A stretch of DNA of 64,000 nt from Octopus bimaculoides (lineage: Eukaryota): assembly GCF_001194135.2 (NCBI RefSeq), contig NC_069003.1, positions 31,828,968 through 31,892,967 of the forward strand. The letters are read 5' to 3'. Both the position numbers and the translations under genes were made by a program. Shown here in pieces: positions 13,453 through 26,708 of this stretch. The notes below the pieces were generated by a model. The model was not told the DNA's origin and did not search any database. It saw nothing but the letters and a program-made list of their open reading frames with translations. Positions within the stretch are counted from its first letter, which is position 1, and each line of letters begins with the position of its first letter.

Positions 13453-13666
13453 ATTCAGTGTTTCAATCCTCCGGAAGTTATCGCTGAGGGTTTTAGTCGT
13501 GACGCTCTCATCGTTATACCAAGTGACTAGGGAATCCTTCTGGTTTGTCTTTGCTACTTGCTCCAACTGTTTAGCCTGTTGAGTTATATATTCTTCCTTT
13601 TCTTTTACTTCATCTTGTAATTTCTTTACTTGGAACTGCAACGCTTCATTTTCATTCAGTGTTTTT
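13453..13666 (-). CDS. TBC1D2B: Coding exon (214 nt, phase 2-0), coiled coil KTLNENEALQFQVKKLQDEVKEKEEYI...RRIETLN
   Basis: gttttttAG at 13667-13668 and GTAAGA at 13451-13452. Open reading and phase-compatible. Confidence 0.88.
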
Positions 13667-14183
13667 CTAAAAAACAAAAACCAAAATGCAGTGGGACTGA
13701 ACCCAGAACCATGTGGTTGGGAAGCAAGCTTCTTGTCACACAACCTAACCTTAACTCCTGCAACTATGTAATTCAAAATATAAACAATAATAAACCATAA
13801 AATAAATTTTATTTTCCAACATGAAACAAAATAAAACAGTAAGATGGAAAATAAAGTTTATTTTTGTACATTTCTACTTTATTTATATTTAAAAAGTTTC
13901 CTCTTAAATTTTTTTTTAATCGAAAAGTCTTTGATCAGATCCTCACTATGACACCATAAACACTTCAAAATTACATTTCCAATCATATAAACCACTTTGA
14001 ATATTATTTTAGCAAATTTGAAGTGATTTCTTTTGTGCTGTAAACCATTTACCATTTCTCTGAAATGGTGACCCCTTTCTACTGATGCCCTATAATGTGC
14101 TTATTTTTTGCTTAACCGTTCCTCCAATGCTGAGACCAATGAAAGTATTAAAGAATTCCTAAATAGTTCGAGTGATTACTTAC

Positions 14184-14315
14184 TTATTATTGACTGATTG
14201 CATTTCTTTTTCTTGTTTAGTCATAGCTAGTAAATGCTCCAGCTTTACAATGTTGTCGTCTCTTATTTTTAACATTTCGTCAATTTTAGGCTGCTCCTCC
14301 GTTTCAAGTTCGTTT
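14184..14315 (-). CDS. TBC1D2B: Coding exon (132 nt, phase 2-2), NELETEEQPKIDEMLKIRDDNIVKLEHLLAMTKQEKEMQSVNN
   Basis: tttccAG at 14316-14317 and GTAAGT at 14182-14183. LKIRDDNIVKL resembles LHQKDDQILGL of TBC1D2B. Confidence 0.88.
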
Positions 14316-15592
14316 CTGGAAAGAAATATGTAAAACACTATGATTCGATGACAACATAAGAATTTATAAACATGAAAGGAGCATAAAATAATTATTGTTT
14401 GGATCGTTGGAGCTTGAAGCAGATAACCCCCCCCCCCCAAAAAAAACGGCACTCCATTGGTNNNNNNNNNNCCCCCCCCCCCAAAAAAAACGGCACTCCA
14501 TTGGTTATGATGATGATGATGATTCTAGTTGAACCAATCAATGGACTAGACTGCTCGTGAAATTAATGCACAAGTGGCTAAGAAATCCTCAGATATACAT
14601 CCCCTTAATGTAAGTCTCAGGTGGATCCAGCATGACACAGAAAGTGACAAGGCTGGCCCTTTGAATTACAGGTACAATTCATTTTTGCCAGATGAGTGGT
14701 GCACTGGAGCAACGTGAAATAAAGTACCTTGCTCAAGAACGCAATGTGCTGCTGGGAATCGAACTCATGATCTTACGCTCATGAGCGAAATACTCTGACC
14801 ACTAAGCCACACATTGTCACATTCTTGAAGCAGATAAGCTATTAATCATAGCATATAAATATTAGATTTAAAAAAATCCTCTGGATAGAACAAGTCAAAG
14901 GCTGCCTTGTCGTGTTTAGAGGAGACATGGGTCGCTGTCTCACAGGCAACCTTCAGGGGTTTTTTTCTAACCCAATATTTACTCACTGTCATTTATAGCT
15001 TATCTAAGGTGGTGAGCTGGCTGAAATCTTAGCATGCCAGACAAAATGCTTAATGGCATTTCACCCGTTTTCATGTTCTGAGTTCAAATTCTACTGAGAA
15101 GCCTTAATGATTTTAAAAAAAAAAAAAAAAAAAAAAAAAGTTTGGCACAAGGCCATCAGTTTTTGAGGGGAGGGGGCTAGTTGGTGACATTGACCTTCCC
15201 AGTTGGTCAACTGGTACCTATTCTATTAACCCCGAAAGAATGAAAGACAAGGTCAACTTTGGCAGAATTTGAACTTAGAACAAAATGCTACTAAGCATTT
15301 TGTTCGACGTGCAAAGAATTTTCCCAACTGCAAACTTACGAATAAAAATAATAATGATGATGATGATGATGATAAAAATCATGATGATAATTATTATTTG
15401 TTTATTGCCCACAGGGGGCTAAACACAGAGGGGACAAAGAAGGGGAGACAATGGGATTAAGCCGATTACATTGATCCCCAGTGTATAACTGGTACTTATT
15501 TAATCGACTCCGAATGGATGAAAGGGAGGTGGTAAGTTGATTGCATTGACCCCAGTGCTCAACTGGTTCTTCTTTAATGACTTCCAAAAGGA

Positions 15593-15660
<68 letters not shown>

Positions 15661-15661
<1 letters not shown>

Positions 15662-16449
15662 TGAGAAGCTCAGGACTCAAAGCAGAGACTGAAGGATTTT
15701 TAATTGCTGCACAAGACCAAAGCCTCCCCACCAGAAATTACCAAAAACACATAATGAAAAGAAATATAACAAGTAACTGTAGAATATGTGGAGATCGACA
15801 AGAAACAATAAATCATATTANNNNNNNNNNNNNNNNNNNNNNNNNNNNNNNNNNNNNNNNNNNNNNNNNNNNNNNNNNNNNNNNNNNNNNNNNNNNNNNN
15901 NNNNNNNNNNNNNNNNNNNNNNNNNNNNNNNNNNNNNNNNNNNNNNNNNNNNNNNNNNNNNNNNNNNNNNNNNNNNNNNNNNNNNNNNNNNNNNNNNNNN
16001 NNNNNNNNNNNNNNNNNNNNNNNNNNNNNNNNNNNNNNNNNNNNNNNNNNNNNNNNNNNNNNNNNNNNNNNNNNNNNNNNNNNNNNNNNNNNNNNNNNNN
16101 NNNNNNNNNNNNNNNNNNNNNNNNNNNNNNNNNNNNNNNNNNNNNNNNNNNNNNNNNNNNNNNNNNNNAACTCGAATGTGGAATCTAAAAACAGAAACAA
16201 TTCCTATCATAGTAGGTGCCTTAGGTATAATAAAAAAATATTCAGACAAATACATAACAAAAACACCAGGACTTACAAATATATATAACATACAGAAAAT
16301 TGCACTACTGGGTACTGCACACATTCTACGCAAAACACTTTCAATACAGTAAACATAAGAGCACCACAGCAAACCACAGCACATACCCAAGGCGCACAGA
16401 GCTGCGCTCGGTAGTGAAGTGAAAGCACGTTATAAAAATAAAACTACTG
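15661..16449 (+). mobile_element. 5'-truncated R4/Dong-type non-LTR retrotransposon: zinc knuckle, C-terminus of the restriction-like endonuclease and 3' UTR
   Basis: ETEGFLIAAQDQSL...CRICGDRQETINHI [N gap] IPIIVGALG...IQKIALLGTAHILRKTL*. Flanked on both sides by (AAT)n. Confidence 0.85.
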
Positions 16450-16677
16450 AATAATAATAATAATAATAATAATAGTTTTAAAAAAGTTGAACAAAAAAAA
16501 ACTTTGCTGGTTAGTGCTTTTGCACTAATGAACCAAGTGTGTTATGAACATTGAGTTGTCGTAAAAAGATGTTCCCCAGTGACGTACACAACAATGACTA
16601 ACATATTTGTGTTCAAATTTGCTGGAATGTAAAGTATAAAAAGATTCAAAAAACTTGGCATAGACAAAAAAAAAGTC

Positions 16678-17199
16678 CTTTCTGAATAATTCATTTTTCA
16701 TTTTCCTTCACTGACACAAAAAGTCAACTGTATTGAATTGATTTAATTCTGATAACACAATCTTAGAAGACTATGGAGATTATTACGATACATTATTTAT
16801 TCACTTCTTGCAAAGCCAACAGATTTACAGATTAAAAAGGAACAGAAGTGTGTAATACAAAGAATATTGGATGAAAGTAAGAGTATTAATCAAATTCTAT
16901 GTCCTTGTAACAGTTGCAGATAGTGCCATATTACATTATGGCACTATCTGCTGTAATAGATTCTTACAACTATAGAAAAATACAAGAGTCAGCCATTTAC
17001 TACAAGTCGACAACTAGAATAAGATATTTCTATCTAATATTAAACGTATGATCTCTTCTAAAGAGAATATCTTATATGTTCATCTACCATCTAAAACAGA
17101 GATAAACTCTGACTGTTTGATTTCAATAAGCAATAACCTGGTTCTATCATTACAAACAGTAATAAAAGACATTCTAAAAGAGACTACCAAACAGATAAT
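16678..17199. repeat. Copy 1 of a diverged 522-bp direct duplication (copy 2 at 19427-19948)
   Basis: Shared blocks such as ttgatttaattctgataacacaatcttagaagact, aaagtaagagtattaatcaaattctatgtc and aataacctggttctatcattaca. Confidence 0.9.
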
Positions 17200-18780
17200 G
17201 TAGTGTTCAGTCAAATCTTATGTATAAAATGACTGTATTGTGAGTATAGTTATATTATTGTATCACTGTCTCGGTCAGACTATTGAATGTTGTTATACAC
17301 TGTATGTCACAATGCATTATCTTCCATTGTTGAAGCTTTCAAATGATGCTTACCCTGCTGGCTAGAAGGCAAGACCTATAGTGTATTAAAGTGAGTGAGA
17401 TCACATTTCTCCAAAATGGGATGCTGGTCCATCATAGTGTAACCCATTCACAGCTGAGTGGACTGCAGTAACATGCAATGAAGTGTTTTGCTCAAGGACA
17501 CAGTGCATTGCTCGGTCCAGGAACTGAAACCATGATCTTGTGATTGTGAGTGAGACACCCAACCGCAAGGCCACATACCTTCAAGTATAGTTATATCATC
17601 ATCATCATCAACATAATCATTCAACATCTGTTTTCCATGCTAGCATGGAGTGGATGGTTTGACAGGAACTGGCCAGCTGCACCAGGCTCCAGTTATCTAT
17701 TTTGGCAAGGTTTCTACACCTAGATGCCCTTCCTAATGCCAATGACTTTACAGAGTGTAACGGGTGCTTTTTAAGTGACACCAGCACAGGTGCCTTTTAT
17801 GTGGCACAAACATGGATGCTTTTTGTGTGGAACTGGAATGGGTGCTTTTTATGAGGCACCAATGTAACAAAAATTCAAAACAACATTTTGGAAAAAAATC
17901 AAAATGATGTAAAATTATTGAAGTTTCCAATTTTAATATATTTCAATAAAAATGTTGCTTTAATTTTTCATTTTCAACACAATATTTGCTCAAAATCCAC
18001 AGTAATCTTCCTCTACAGCTCTCACCAGTTCTGATCAGCTACTTCCTTCTCCTAGCATCCATCTTTAACGCTTTTGTTTCAATTAATTTGAAAATAATGA
18101 AGAATTTAGTAAAATAATGAAGCCAGTTTGGAACATGAACTAACATGAAATTTTGATGAAACATTTTAATTTAGATCAATTCAAAACAAAAGGTTTGTAA
18201 CACAGGACCAGAGTCGGCGGTCTCAGGTGGGTTGGTATCAAAAGGGTTAAACATGGATTCCCTTTTTCTTTTCCTTCTACTCATCAATGAACTTTGTTGA
18301 CATTAACCTCCATGACAGAATTATTAAACCAATCATAATTTTTATATAATAAAAAAAAAAATGAAGGAAATATTGTTCATTTATAGCAAGGAATACCACA
18401 GCACAGCATTGTATCAACTGAACTATCAAATGTTGTGTTATACACCACTAGTTACAATGTGCTTCCTTGTGTTGCTGTGGCTTTTGAATGATACCACCTG
18501 ACTGGCAAGGTGGGCAGGCTAACATTCCCCCCTAAATGGAATGTCAGTACATTTCAGGGTGACAAGTTTACAACTGTGTGGACCGGAACAACATGAAATG
18601 AAGTGTTTTGTTCCAAAACACAGTGTACCACCCAGTCTGAGAATTGAAACGGAGATCTTACGATTGTGAGTGCAACACCCTAATCCCAAGGGCATGTATG
18701 TTCATTCATAGCAAGGATACCAAATTAAAATACTTTCACATCACATTATTTCATAACTTGGTTTTCTTATTACAAATCAC

Positions 18781-18826
<46 letters not shown>

Positions 18827-19426
18827 TAACATCTGCAAATCAAAATAAAACCTTTCTGTTGCTATAGGCACAAAACCTGAAATTTTGGGGGAAGAGGTAG
18901 TTGATTACATCAATATCAATGCTCGTCTGGTACTTATTTTATTGACAACTGAAAGGATGAAAGGCAAAGTCCACCTTGGCAGTATTTGAACTCAGAATAT
19001 AAACCCAAAGGAAATACCACTAAGCATTTTTTTCTGGCACAGTAATGATTCTGGCAGCTCACCACCAAATTTCTATGATAGGCACAAAGCCTAAAATTTT
19101 GGAGGTGGGGACTATTTGATTACATCAGCCTCAGGGCTGAACTAGCACCTATTTTATCAACTCCAAAAAGAGGAAAGGTAAAATCAACCTCAGCAATATT
19201 TAAATTCAGAACATAAAGCTTGAAGAAATACTGCTAAATATTTTGTCTAGCATGCTAGTAATGCTGCAAGCTCACTGTTTTATTGCAAGTCAAGATAATA
19301 CCACACAATGCTTTTCCAAAACCTCCATGATAAACTTTAAATAAGAAAGGTAGGTTTTAAATAACAAAAATACAGTTTAAATTAAAATTTAAACATAAAT
19401 TTAAACCAAGAAGAATTCCACCCAAT

Positions 19427-19948
19427 CCTTCTTAAATAATTTATTTTCCATTTTTTCTTTGCCGACACAAAAATCAACTGCAGTGAAATTGATTTAATTC
19501 TGATAACACAATCTTAGAAGACTTCTGAGATTATTACAATACATTATTTATTCACCTCTTGCAATGCAACAGATTTACAGATTAAAAGAAACGGGAGAGT
19601 GTAACAGAAAGAATATTGAATGAAAGTAAGAGTATTAATCAAATTCTATGTCGTTATAACAGTTGCAGATAGTGTCGTAATGTAGAATATATGTCATAAT
19701 AGATTCTTACAAGCAGAGAGATATAAGAGTCAGCTATTTATTACAAGTGAACAATCATCAGAAGATATTTCTATCTAATATTAAATGTATGATCACTTCT
19801 AAACACAATAGCCTCTCTGTCCAACTTGCCTTCAACAGAGAGACACAGATTATGACTATCTTGCTTCCAATTCAGTAACCAATAACCTGGTTCTATCATT
19901 ACATATAGTTACAAAATTCTTTCTAAAGGTGACTACAAAACAGATAAT
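19427..19948. repeat. Copy 2 of the 522-bp duplication, followed by a separate tandem duplication of about 160 bp (about 19950-20290)
   Basis: Compared directly with 16678-17199. The block tcctgtcttttagcaaaccagagtctacaacattgt occurs twice in 19950-20290. Confidence 0.9.
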
Positions 19949-20835
19949 CCTTTTGTTGTTTAGCCCAGGGAAGACATGATTGAGTATATTTATAATCAAA
20001 GGCATTTTAACTATAACTATCCTGTCTTTTAGCAAACCAGAGTCTACAACATTGTGTCAATGATATTCGTCTGTCTAACCTTTAGCATGCTGAAGGTAAA
20101 TCATGTTGCTGTATGAGTTTTTGTTGTTTAGCTCAGGGAAGTCAGGATTAAGAATATTTATAATGAAAGGCATTCTAACTATAACCATCCTGTCTTTTAG
20201 CAAACCAGAGTCTACAACATTGTCTCAGTTATATTTGCCTGTCTAACCTTTAGCATGCTGAAGATGAATTGTGTTGCTTTATGAATTTTTTTTTCTCCTC
20301 TCAATGCAACATAGTGCACCTGCAGCTACATGCATGGCACATTGTGCCAGATGATGAGAGGTTAGAGTAACCAGGGTCTGTATGGCCCTTGAGGGTCAAT
20401 ATAACATTTTGTTGTTAAAATCGATGCTCTAAATTAGTTGTATTTGTACAATACACAGAATATTTTAACAATTTCATTTTATTTACACAATTCTTAATAA
20501 TATTTAATTTAAAAAAATATACTCTTTTACTTGTTTCAGTCATTTGACTGTGGCCATGCTGGAGCACCACCTTTAGTCAAGCAAATCGATCCCCAGGACT
20601 TATTCTTTGTAAGCCTAGTACTTATTCTATTGGTCTCTTCTGCCGAACCAGGCTTAAAGAAAAAAGTACCAGGCTTAAAGAAAAAATAAGTACTCAGGTA
20701 AATTCACATGACTAAAAATTCTTCAAGGTGGTGCCCCAGTATGGCCACAATCTAATGACTGAAACAGATACAAGATAAAAGAATGCCCAAGAAAATGACA
20801 GAATGGTATGGTGGTGGTTGGAATGTATTCAAACA

Positions 20836-21025
20836 TTTTGTTGCATCTCAAGAGGGTCATTGTACCAATAATAAACACAAACACTGGTTGTATTTCACTT
20901 CACTGTTATTTATTTGCCTATTGGTTAACTAATTAACTGATTGACAAATAAATAACAGTGAAGTGAAACAGAACCAGTGCATGTATTTATTAATGGCATA
21001 ATGACCCTCCCGAGATGAAACAAAA
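20836..21025. mobile_element. Fold-back or MITE-like long inverted repeat (arms of about 85 bp, spacer of about 20 bp)
   Basis: ttttgttgcatctcaagagggtcat...tttcacttcactgttatttatttg pairs with caaataaataacagtgaagtgaaa...atgaccctcccgagatgaaacaaaa. Confidence 0.85.
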
Positions 21026-21368
21026 CGAAACAGTTTATGTCTTCAATTTCAAAACTTTGACAATCACATAGTCATGAAGCAAAAATTCTTGACCACATAA
21101 ACACACCTACAAACACTTAGAAACAAAAAATTTTCTCTGGGAACATTATGGAACACTGTCTAGGAAACCCATCTCTCATTCTCCTTAGTCTACTCAGGAT
21201 CTTTAACTTCCTGAAAGATGTTCTACAAGGATATGCCCAGTCATACAATGTTATCTTCCAGCATATAAGTACGCAACTTTCCCACACTTCCATAGAATCA
21301 TATGAACAACCACACACACACACACACACACACACAATATTTATAGTAAAGCTCCTTCTGCATTCATG

Positions 21369-21451
21369 GACACAGGTGCACAATTACTCACTCTAATAGA
21401 CACAGATGCACAATTACTCACTCTAATAGACACAGATGCACAATTACTCAC
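21369..21451. repeat. 30-bp minisatellite, about 2.8 copies (gacacagatgcacaattactcactctaata)
   Basis: Read directly. Confidence 0.9.
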
Positions 21452-23463
21452 GCAACCACTTAAAAACTTAGTTCTGAACCAAAAAAAAAGGCTTAAACCA
21501 CCACTTGCTAAATTCTCAATTTCCTTTCTCCTCAGCAACACCCAAACAATTTCAAATTCCTCAGAGAGAGAGAGATGAGGGAGAGAAGGAGACAGGGAAA
21601 GAGAGAGACAGATGGATGGACAGGGACACGCACACACACAGAGGCTTTGGAAAAGGGAGTGCGCTTGCAATCTCAAAAATTCTTTGGCAAGGGTCAATGC
21701 AGATGCTTTGAACATCCCCCTGAAAAACTTCGTGGCCAAAACGAATGAGCACAGAAACATTTTTGGACTGATTTGAGGCATTACTTTTCCATTATTGGAT
21801 TTATCTGATTTGGTTGATGTACAAATATAACAATTATTATTATTATTTGAATTAATATTGCTTTTGTCACTCATAATAAATCTTTATTCAGCCTGCAGGC
21901 TAATTGCAACATCAGTGATTTTTCAATCACTGTTTTACTATATCAGCAGTGGCTGATTTTGTCTTAGCATCCACTTGGCAGCAAATGCTTGCTACTGACA
22001 AAGCCTAGGACATTGATAGTGAATGACCAAGAACAAAGTGGTCAAGACAATTAGCAGTAACAACATGTTGCAGGCACCATCACCCGTCACAGCCACATGG
22101 AATATGGAACAATTATCCCTGTTCTACCAGAGTTTCAGCTTCCCCAATAACCTTGATGAGGGAGACTTAAGAAATTGCTAGGACTCACTCAGTGCTGCCT
22201 CAAGTCTTCAGAGAGGAGTGATTCAATGTCCTTTAAGCGTTCAGATTATTCTGCCAAATGTATGTATATATGCATATATATATATATATTTAATTTTTAT
22301 ATATATATAACTACACTCTCTGAGTGGTTGGCGTTAGGAAGGGCATCCAGCTGTAGAAACTCTGCCAAATTTAGATTGGAGCCTGGTGTTGCCATCCGGT
22401 TTCACCAGTCCTCAGTCAAGTCGTCCAACCCATGCTAGCATGGAAAGCGGACGTTAAACGATGATGATGATGATGATTGCTTTGAATTAATCATGCATTA
22501 ACATGTAACTTCAGGAATTTGATGAAGTGACTGTTCATTTTTAAAATGACATTGTAGGATAGGTGTGAGAGGCCACATATTTTCAGATTGAACATTAAAC
22601 AGGTAGAATATTTGGATTACATATAACTGATTTAAATACTAAAGAGTTAATGTCTCTCGTCACAGGTTCACTAGAAAGCAGTGTCCAGGATCATTCCCAA
22701 CTTCTTCATCTTGAAAGATGAGGTTCATAGTTCAAAAGCTTATAATTGAATAAATAATGAAGATTGCTTAACTATCAGTTAATAGGAACATTTAAAATAT
22801 CAATTTACTGATAAGAGAAGCTTTGTAACATTTATAGTACATCAAAACTTCCTTTGTGTATAGAGAGGGGGTTATCAGTCATTTACATAAGAAGAGACAA
22901 GGGAAATTAATTTATTCATTACTTCCAGTTACTGAATTGTGGCCATGCTGGGGTAACGACTTTACAATAAGACTAATTTTTGACAGATATAAACAAAAAC
23001 AGACAAGTCATCATCATCATCATTTAACATCCAGGCGCAGGAGTGGCTGTGTGGTAAGTAGCCCGCTTACTACCAACCACATGGTTCCGGGTTCAGTCCC
23101 ACTGCGTGGCACCTTGGGCAAGTGTCTTCTACTATAGCCTCGGGCCGACCAAAGCCCTATGAGTGGATTTGGTAGACGGAAACTGAAAGAAGCCCGTCGT
23201 ATATATGTATATCTATATATATGTATGTGTGTTTGTGTGTCTGTGTTTGTCCCCCCCCCCCCATCGCTTGACAACCGATGCTGGTGTGTTTACGTCCCCT
23301 GTAACTTAGCAGTTCGGCAAAAGAGACTGATAGAATAAGTACTAGGCTTACAAAGAATAAATCCAGGGGTCGATTTGCTCGACTAAAGGCGGTGCTCCAG
23401 CATGGCTGCAGTCAAATGACTGAAACAGGTAAAAGAATAAAAGAAAAACAATAATAACTACTA

Positions 23464-23495
<32 letters not shown>

Positions 23496-24139
23496 ACTTC
23501 TACTACAACTAACAAAGACATATGGGTTAGTTATTAGTGTGTAGCACTCGTGATTCCAAGAGCATAGTTTTGATTCCATAACTGGGTGGTGCCTTGTGTT
23601 CTTGAGCGAAATACTTCATTTCATGTGTTTCTGTAATCACTTTGACCTCTGACATGTGGCACACCTTGCATTGGTAGAGGCAATGTTGATGTACAGCACA
23701 GTTGTTTGATCACCATAAACAAATCATTTATATGAAGATTGTTCAACAAGAAATTGCAGGTGTCCATTACTACTACTGCTACTACTACTAATTGACTAGT
23801 TCCTGTCCCCCAAATTTTAGACCTTGTGCCTATAGTAGAAAAAGATTTTTAACACTGTCATTTCCTCGAAAATTATAGTAAAAGTACAGAAATATGGTGT
23901 AAGCTAATAGTTTTTAGAATCTACCAATTACAGACTTTGTCATTCAGTATATACAGGATGTATGTATCCTGTTTGAAGAAAGAGCCTCCGCACGGTTACT
24001 TGACATACCAGTATTAGTAGCCAGATAACAATTAGCCCCATTGCTTGTCTTAAAAAAAAAACTAAAAAAACGAAGAGATATTTGATATTGTAGTCATAGT
24101 TACAGTGTCAGAATAAAAAGGTGAGCTTATCAGCTCGGT

Positions 24140-24480
24140 GAAATCCACCCCTTTCCTTCCATCCATCCAATCCTGGCTCTCTGCCCAGTATTCCTGGGAG
24201 GATTGTGGGGGTAGAGTTCTCATGCATCTCCTCCATAGAGTCTTATGAGAAAGAATCATCTGTAGACCAATTGAGATTATGGACATTACCCAACCATCAT
24301 GTTCTTGGTCTATCTCCGAGTCTCCTGCTGGTTGGTTTGGCTTAAAGAATCTGTCTTGTGATGCTTTCCTGAGATATTCTAATATTCTAATCATATAGAT
24401 GTAGTACCAGAGCTGTGAGCTCTCAATGCAGAGAAGCAGCAGCTTCACTTGGGGACATACCCTGATCTCAAAGCTAAGCA
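24140..24480 (-). mobile_element. RTE-clade LINE 3' fragment
   Basis: Peptide ...LWRRCMRTLPPQSSQEYWAE then (GGAT)n; homologous to 46900-47180(+). Confidence 0.65.
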
Positions 24481-25660
24481 TCCTGTTGAGTAATCATACT
24501 CCAGAGTTCCTTCAGAGGAACCCCATTTTGGTAACGTGTTCTTGATCATACTCTTTTGGTCATTACCCAACATTTTTGAGCATAAGTAAGTTATTATATA
24601 TAATCAGTTATTATATATAAGTAAGTTATTATATATAAAGTTATTATATATAATATAAGTTATTATATACACTTATACACTCTCGGAGTGGTTGGCGTTA
24701 GGAAGGGCATCCAGCTGTAGAAACTCTGCCAGATCAGATTGGAGCCTGGTGCAGCCATCCGGTTCACCAGTCCTCAGTCAAATCGTCCAACCCATGCTAG
24801 CATGGAAGGCGGACGTTAAACAATGATGATGATGATGATGATTAGTATGTTTTTCATTTACTCTACTTTAACGGAACTGGCAGTTATCTCGGTGAAGTAA
24901 ACAGTAACACATAAACAAAAACAAAAAGAAAGAAAGAAAGAAAACAGAAATTATTTCAATCAACTTCAAACAACAAACAAAATCCTTCCTCACTCACACA
25001 CTCAGATATATTCACTCCAAAATGAAGATGGACATTGGAATAAATTTTTTTGAAAATTTAAAAGACCAACATACCAAACATGTATCCTATTATCTAACAG
25101 GTTCCTTCCCAAAGAACGGCGGCAGGCCGAATGTATTAGCCACAAAAATAATTCGTTTGTTTTACATAAATATAGGGTTGGGGAAACAAACTGTTTGATA
25201 AGTACCATGCCTGAAGCTCTTGAACTTTGAGTCATGTTGGGATTTCTCTGCCGATTATTCATGTACACGCTTGTATGCGTGTATGTGTGTGCGTGTATGC
25301 GTGTATGTGTGTGCGTGTATGTGTGTGTGAGTGTATGATATAACAACACTGTCATGTGAATGACACCAGCCACTCCCTTGCTCAAAGAGGAATGTTATTA
25401 TGATACAGAGGATTTAAGCAAATAAATAAATAAATAAGAAGTAAATAAACAAGTCATCCCAAGTCCTATAAAAACTGGCCAATAGTTGACTTGTGACAGA
25501 TGCCCTGGATTAGTGTCAGCGACAAGGTTACAGATGTACTACAAAGCTTCTTGACATAATAGTACACATCACTATTACGAGAGGAAACAGTAATAAATAA
25601 TACTTAGAGCAGTATATGTGTGTTTAAAATGCTTATGATGACTTCTCCATGATCTAAGAG

Positions 25661-25704
<44 letters not shown>

Positions 25705-26018
25705 TATAAATAAGGGTATCTAAGAGATACGACCATGCTTGAAATAGCAGTCAAAACCTGACTCTAAAACCACAAATTAAGGTATCTTTTAGATACCTTC
25801 ATTTATAATTTTAATACCTATAAGGTTTTTTCTTCCCATGCTGTCACTTAATTTGATTGCTATTTAAAATAATGATCTTATCCTTATATATCAGTCGCTT
25901 TTGCTGAACCACTAAGTTACAGGGACGTAAGCACACCAACATCGGTTGTCAAGCGATGGAGCGGGGGAACACAGACACAAAGACACACATATAAATATAT
26001 ATATATATATATATAAAT

Positions 26019-26050
<32 letters not shown>

Positions 26051-26665
26051 TTATACACAATGGGCTTCTTTCAGTTTCCATCTACCAAATCCACCCACAT
26101 GGCTTTGGTCAGCCTGAGGTTATAAGAGAAGACACCTGCTCAAGGTACCATGCCATGGGATTGAATCTGGAACCATGTGGTTGGGAAGCAAACTTCTTAC
26201 CACACAGCCAATTTTTATTATATATATNNNNNNNNNNNNNNNNNNNNNNNNNNNNNNNNNNNNNNNNNNNNNNNNNNNNNNNNNNNNNNNNNNNNNNNNN
26301 NNNNNNNNNNNNNNNNNNNNNNNNNNNNNNNNNNNNNNNNNNNNNNNNNNNNNNNNNNNNNNNNNNNNNNNNNNNNNNNNNNNNNNNNNNNNNNNNNNNN
26401 NNNNNNNNNNNNNNNNNNNNNNNNNNNNNNNNNNNNNNNNNNNNNNNNNNNNNNNNNNNNNNNNNNNNNNNNNNNNNNNNNNNNNNNNNNNNNNNNNNNN
26501 NNNNNNNNNNNNNNNNNNNNNNNNNNNNNNNNNNNNNNNNNNNNNNNNNNNNNNNNNNNNNNNNNNNNNNNNNNNNNNNNNNNNNNNNNNNNNNNNNNNN
26601 NNNNNNNNNNNNNNNNNNNNNNNNNNNNNNNNNNNNNNNNNNNNNNNNNNNNNNNNNNNNNNNNN

Positions 26666-26708
<43 letters not shown>

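Noticed and set aside
14430-14505. Duplicated poly-C/poly-A/cggcactccattggt on both sides of a 10-N gap, and likewise the 110-bp duplication at 32713/32950
   Set aside because: Typical contig-overlap artefacts next to gaps.
21369-21451. Regularly spaced repeats considered as a CRISPR-like array
   Set aside because: Contiguous identical units with no unique spacers, in a eukaryotic intron; an ordinary minisatellite.
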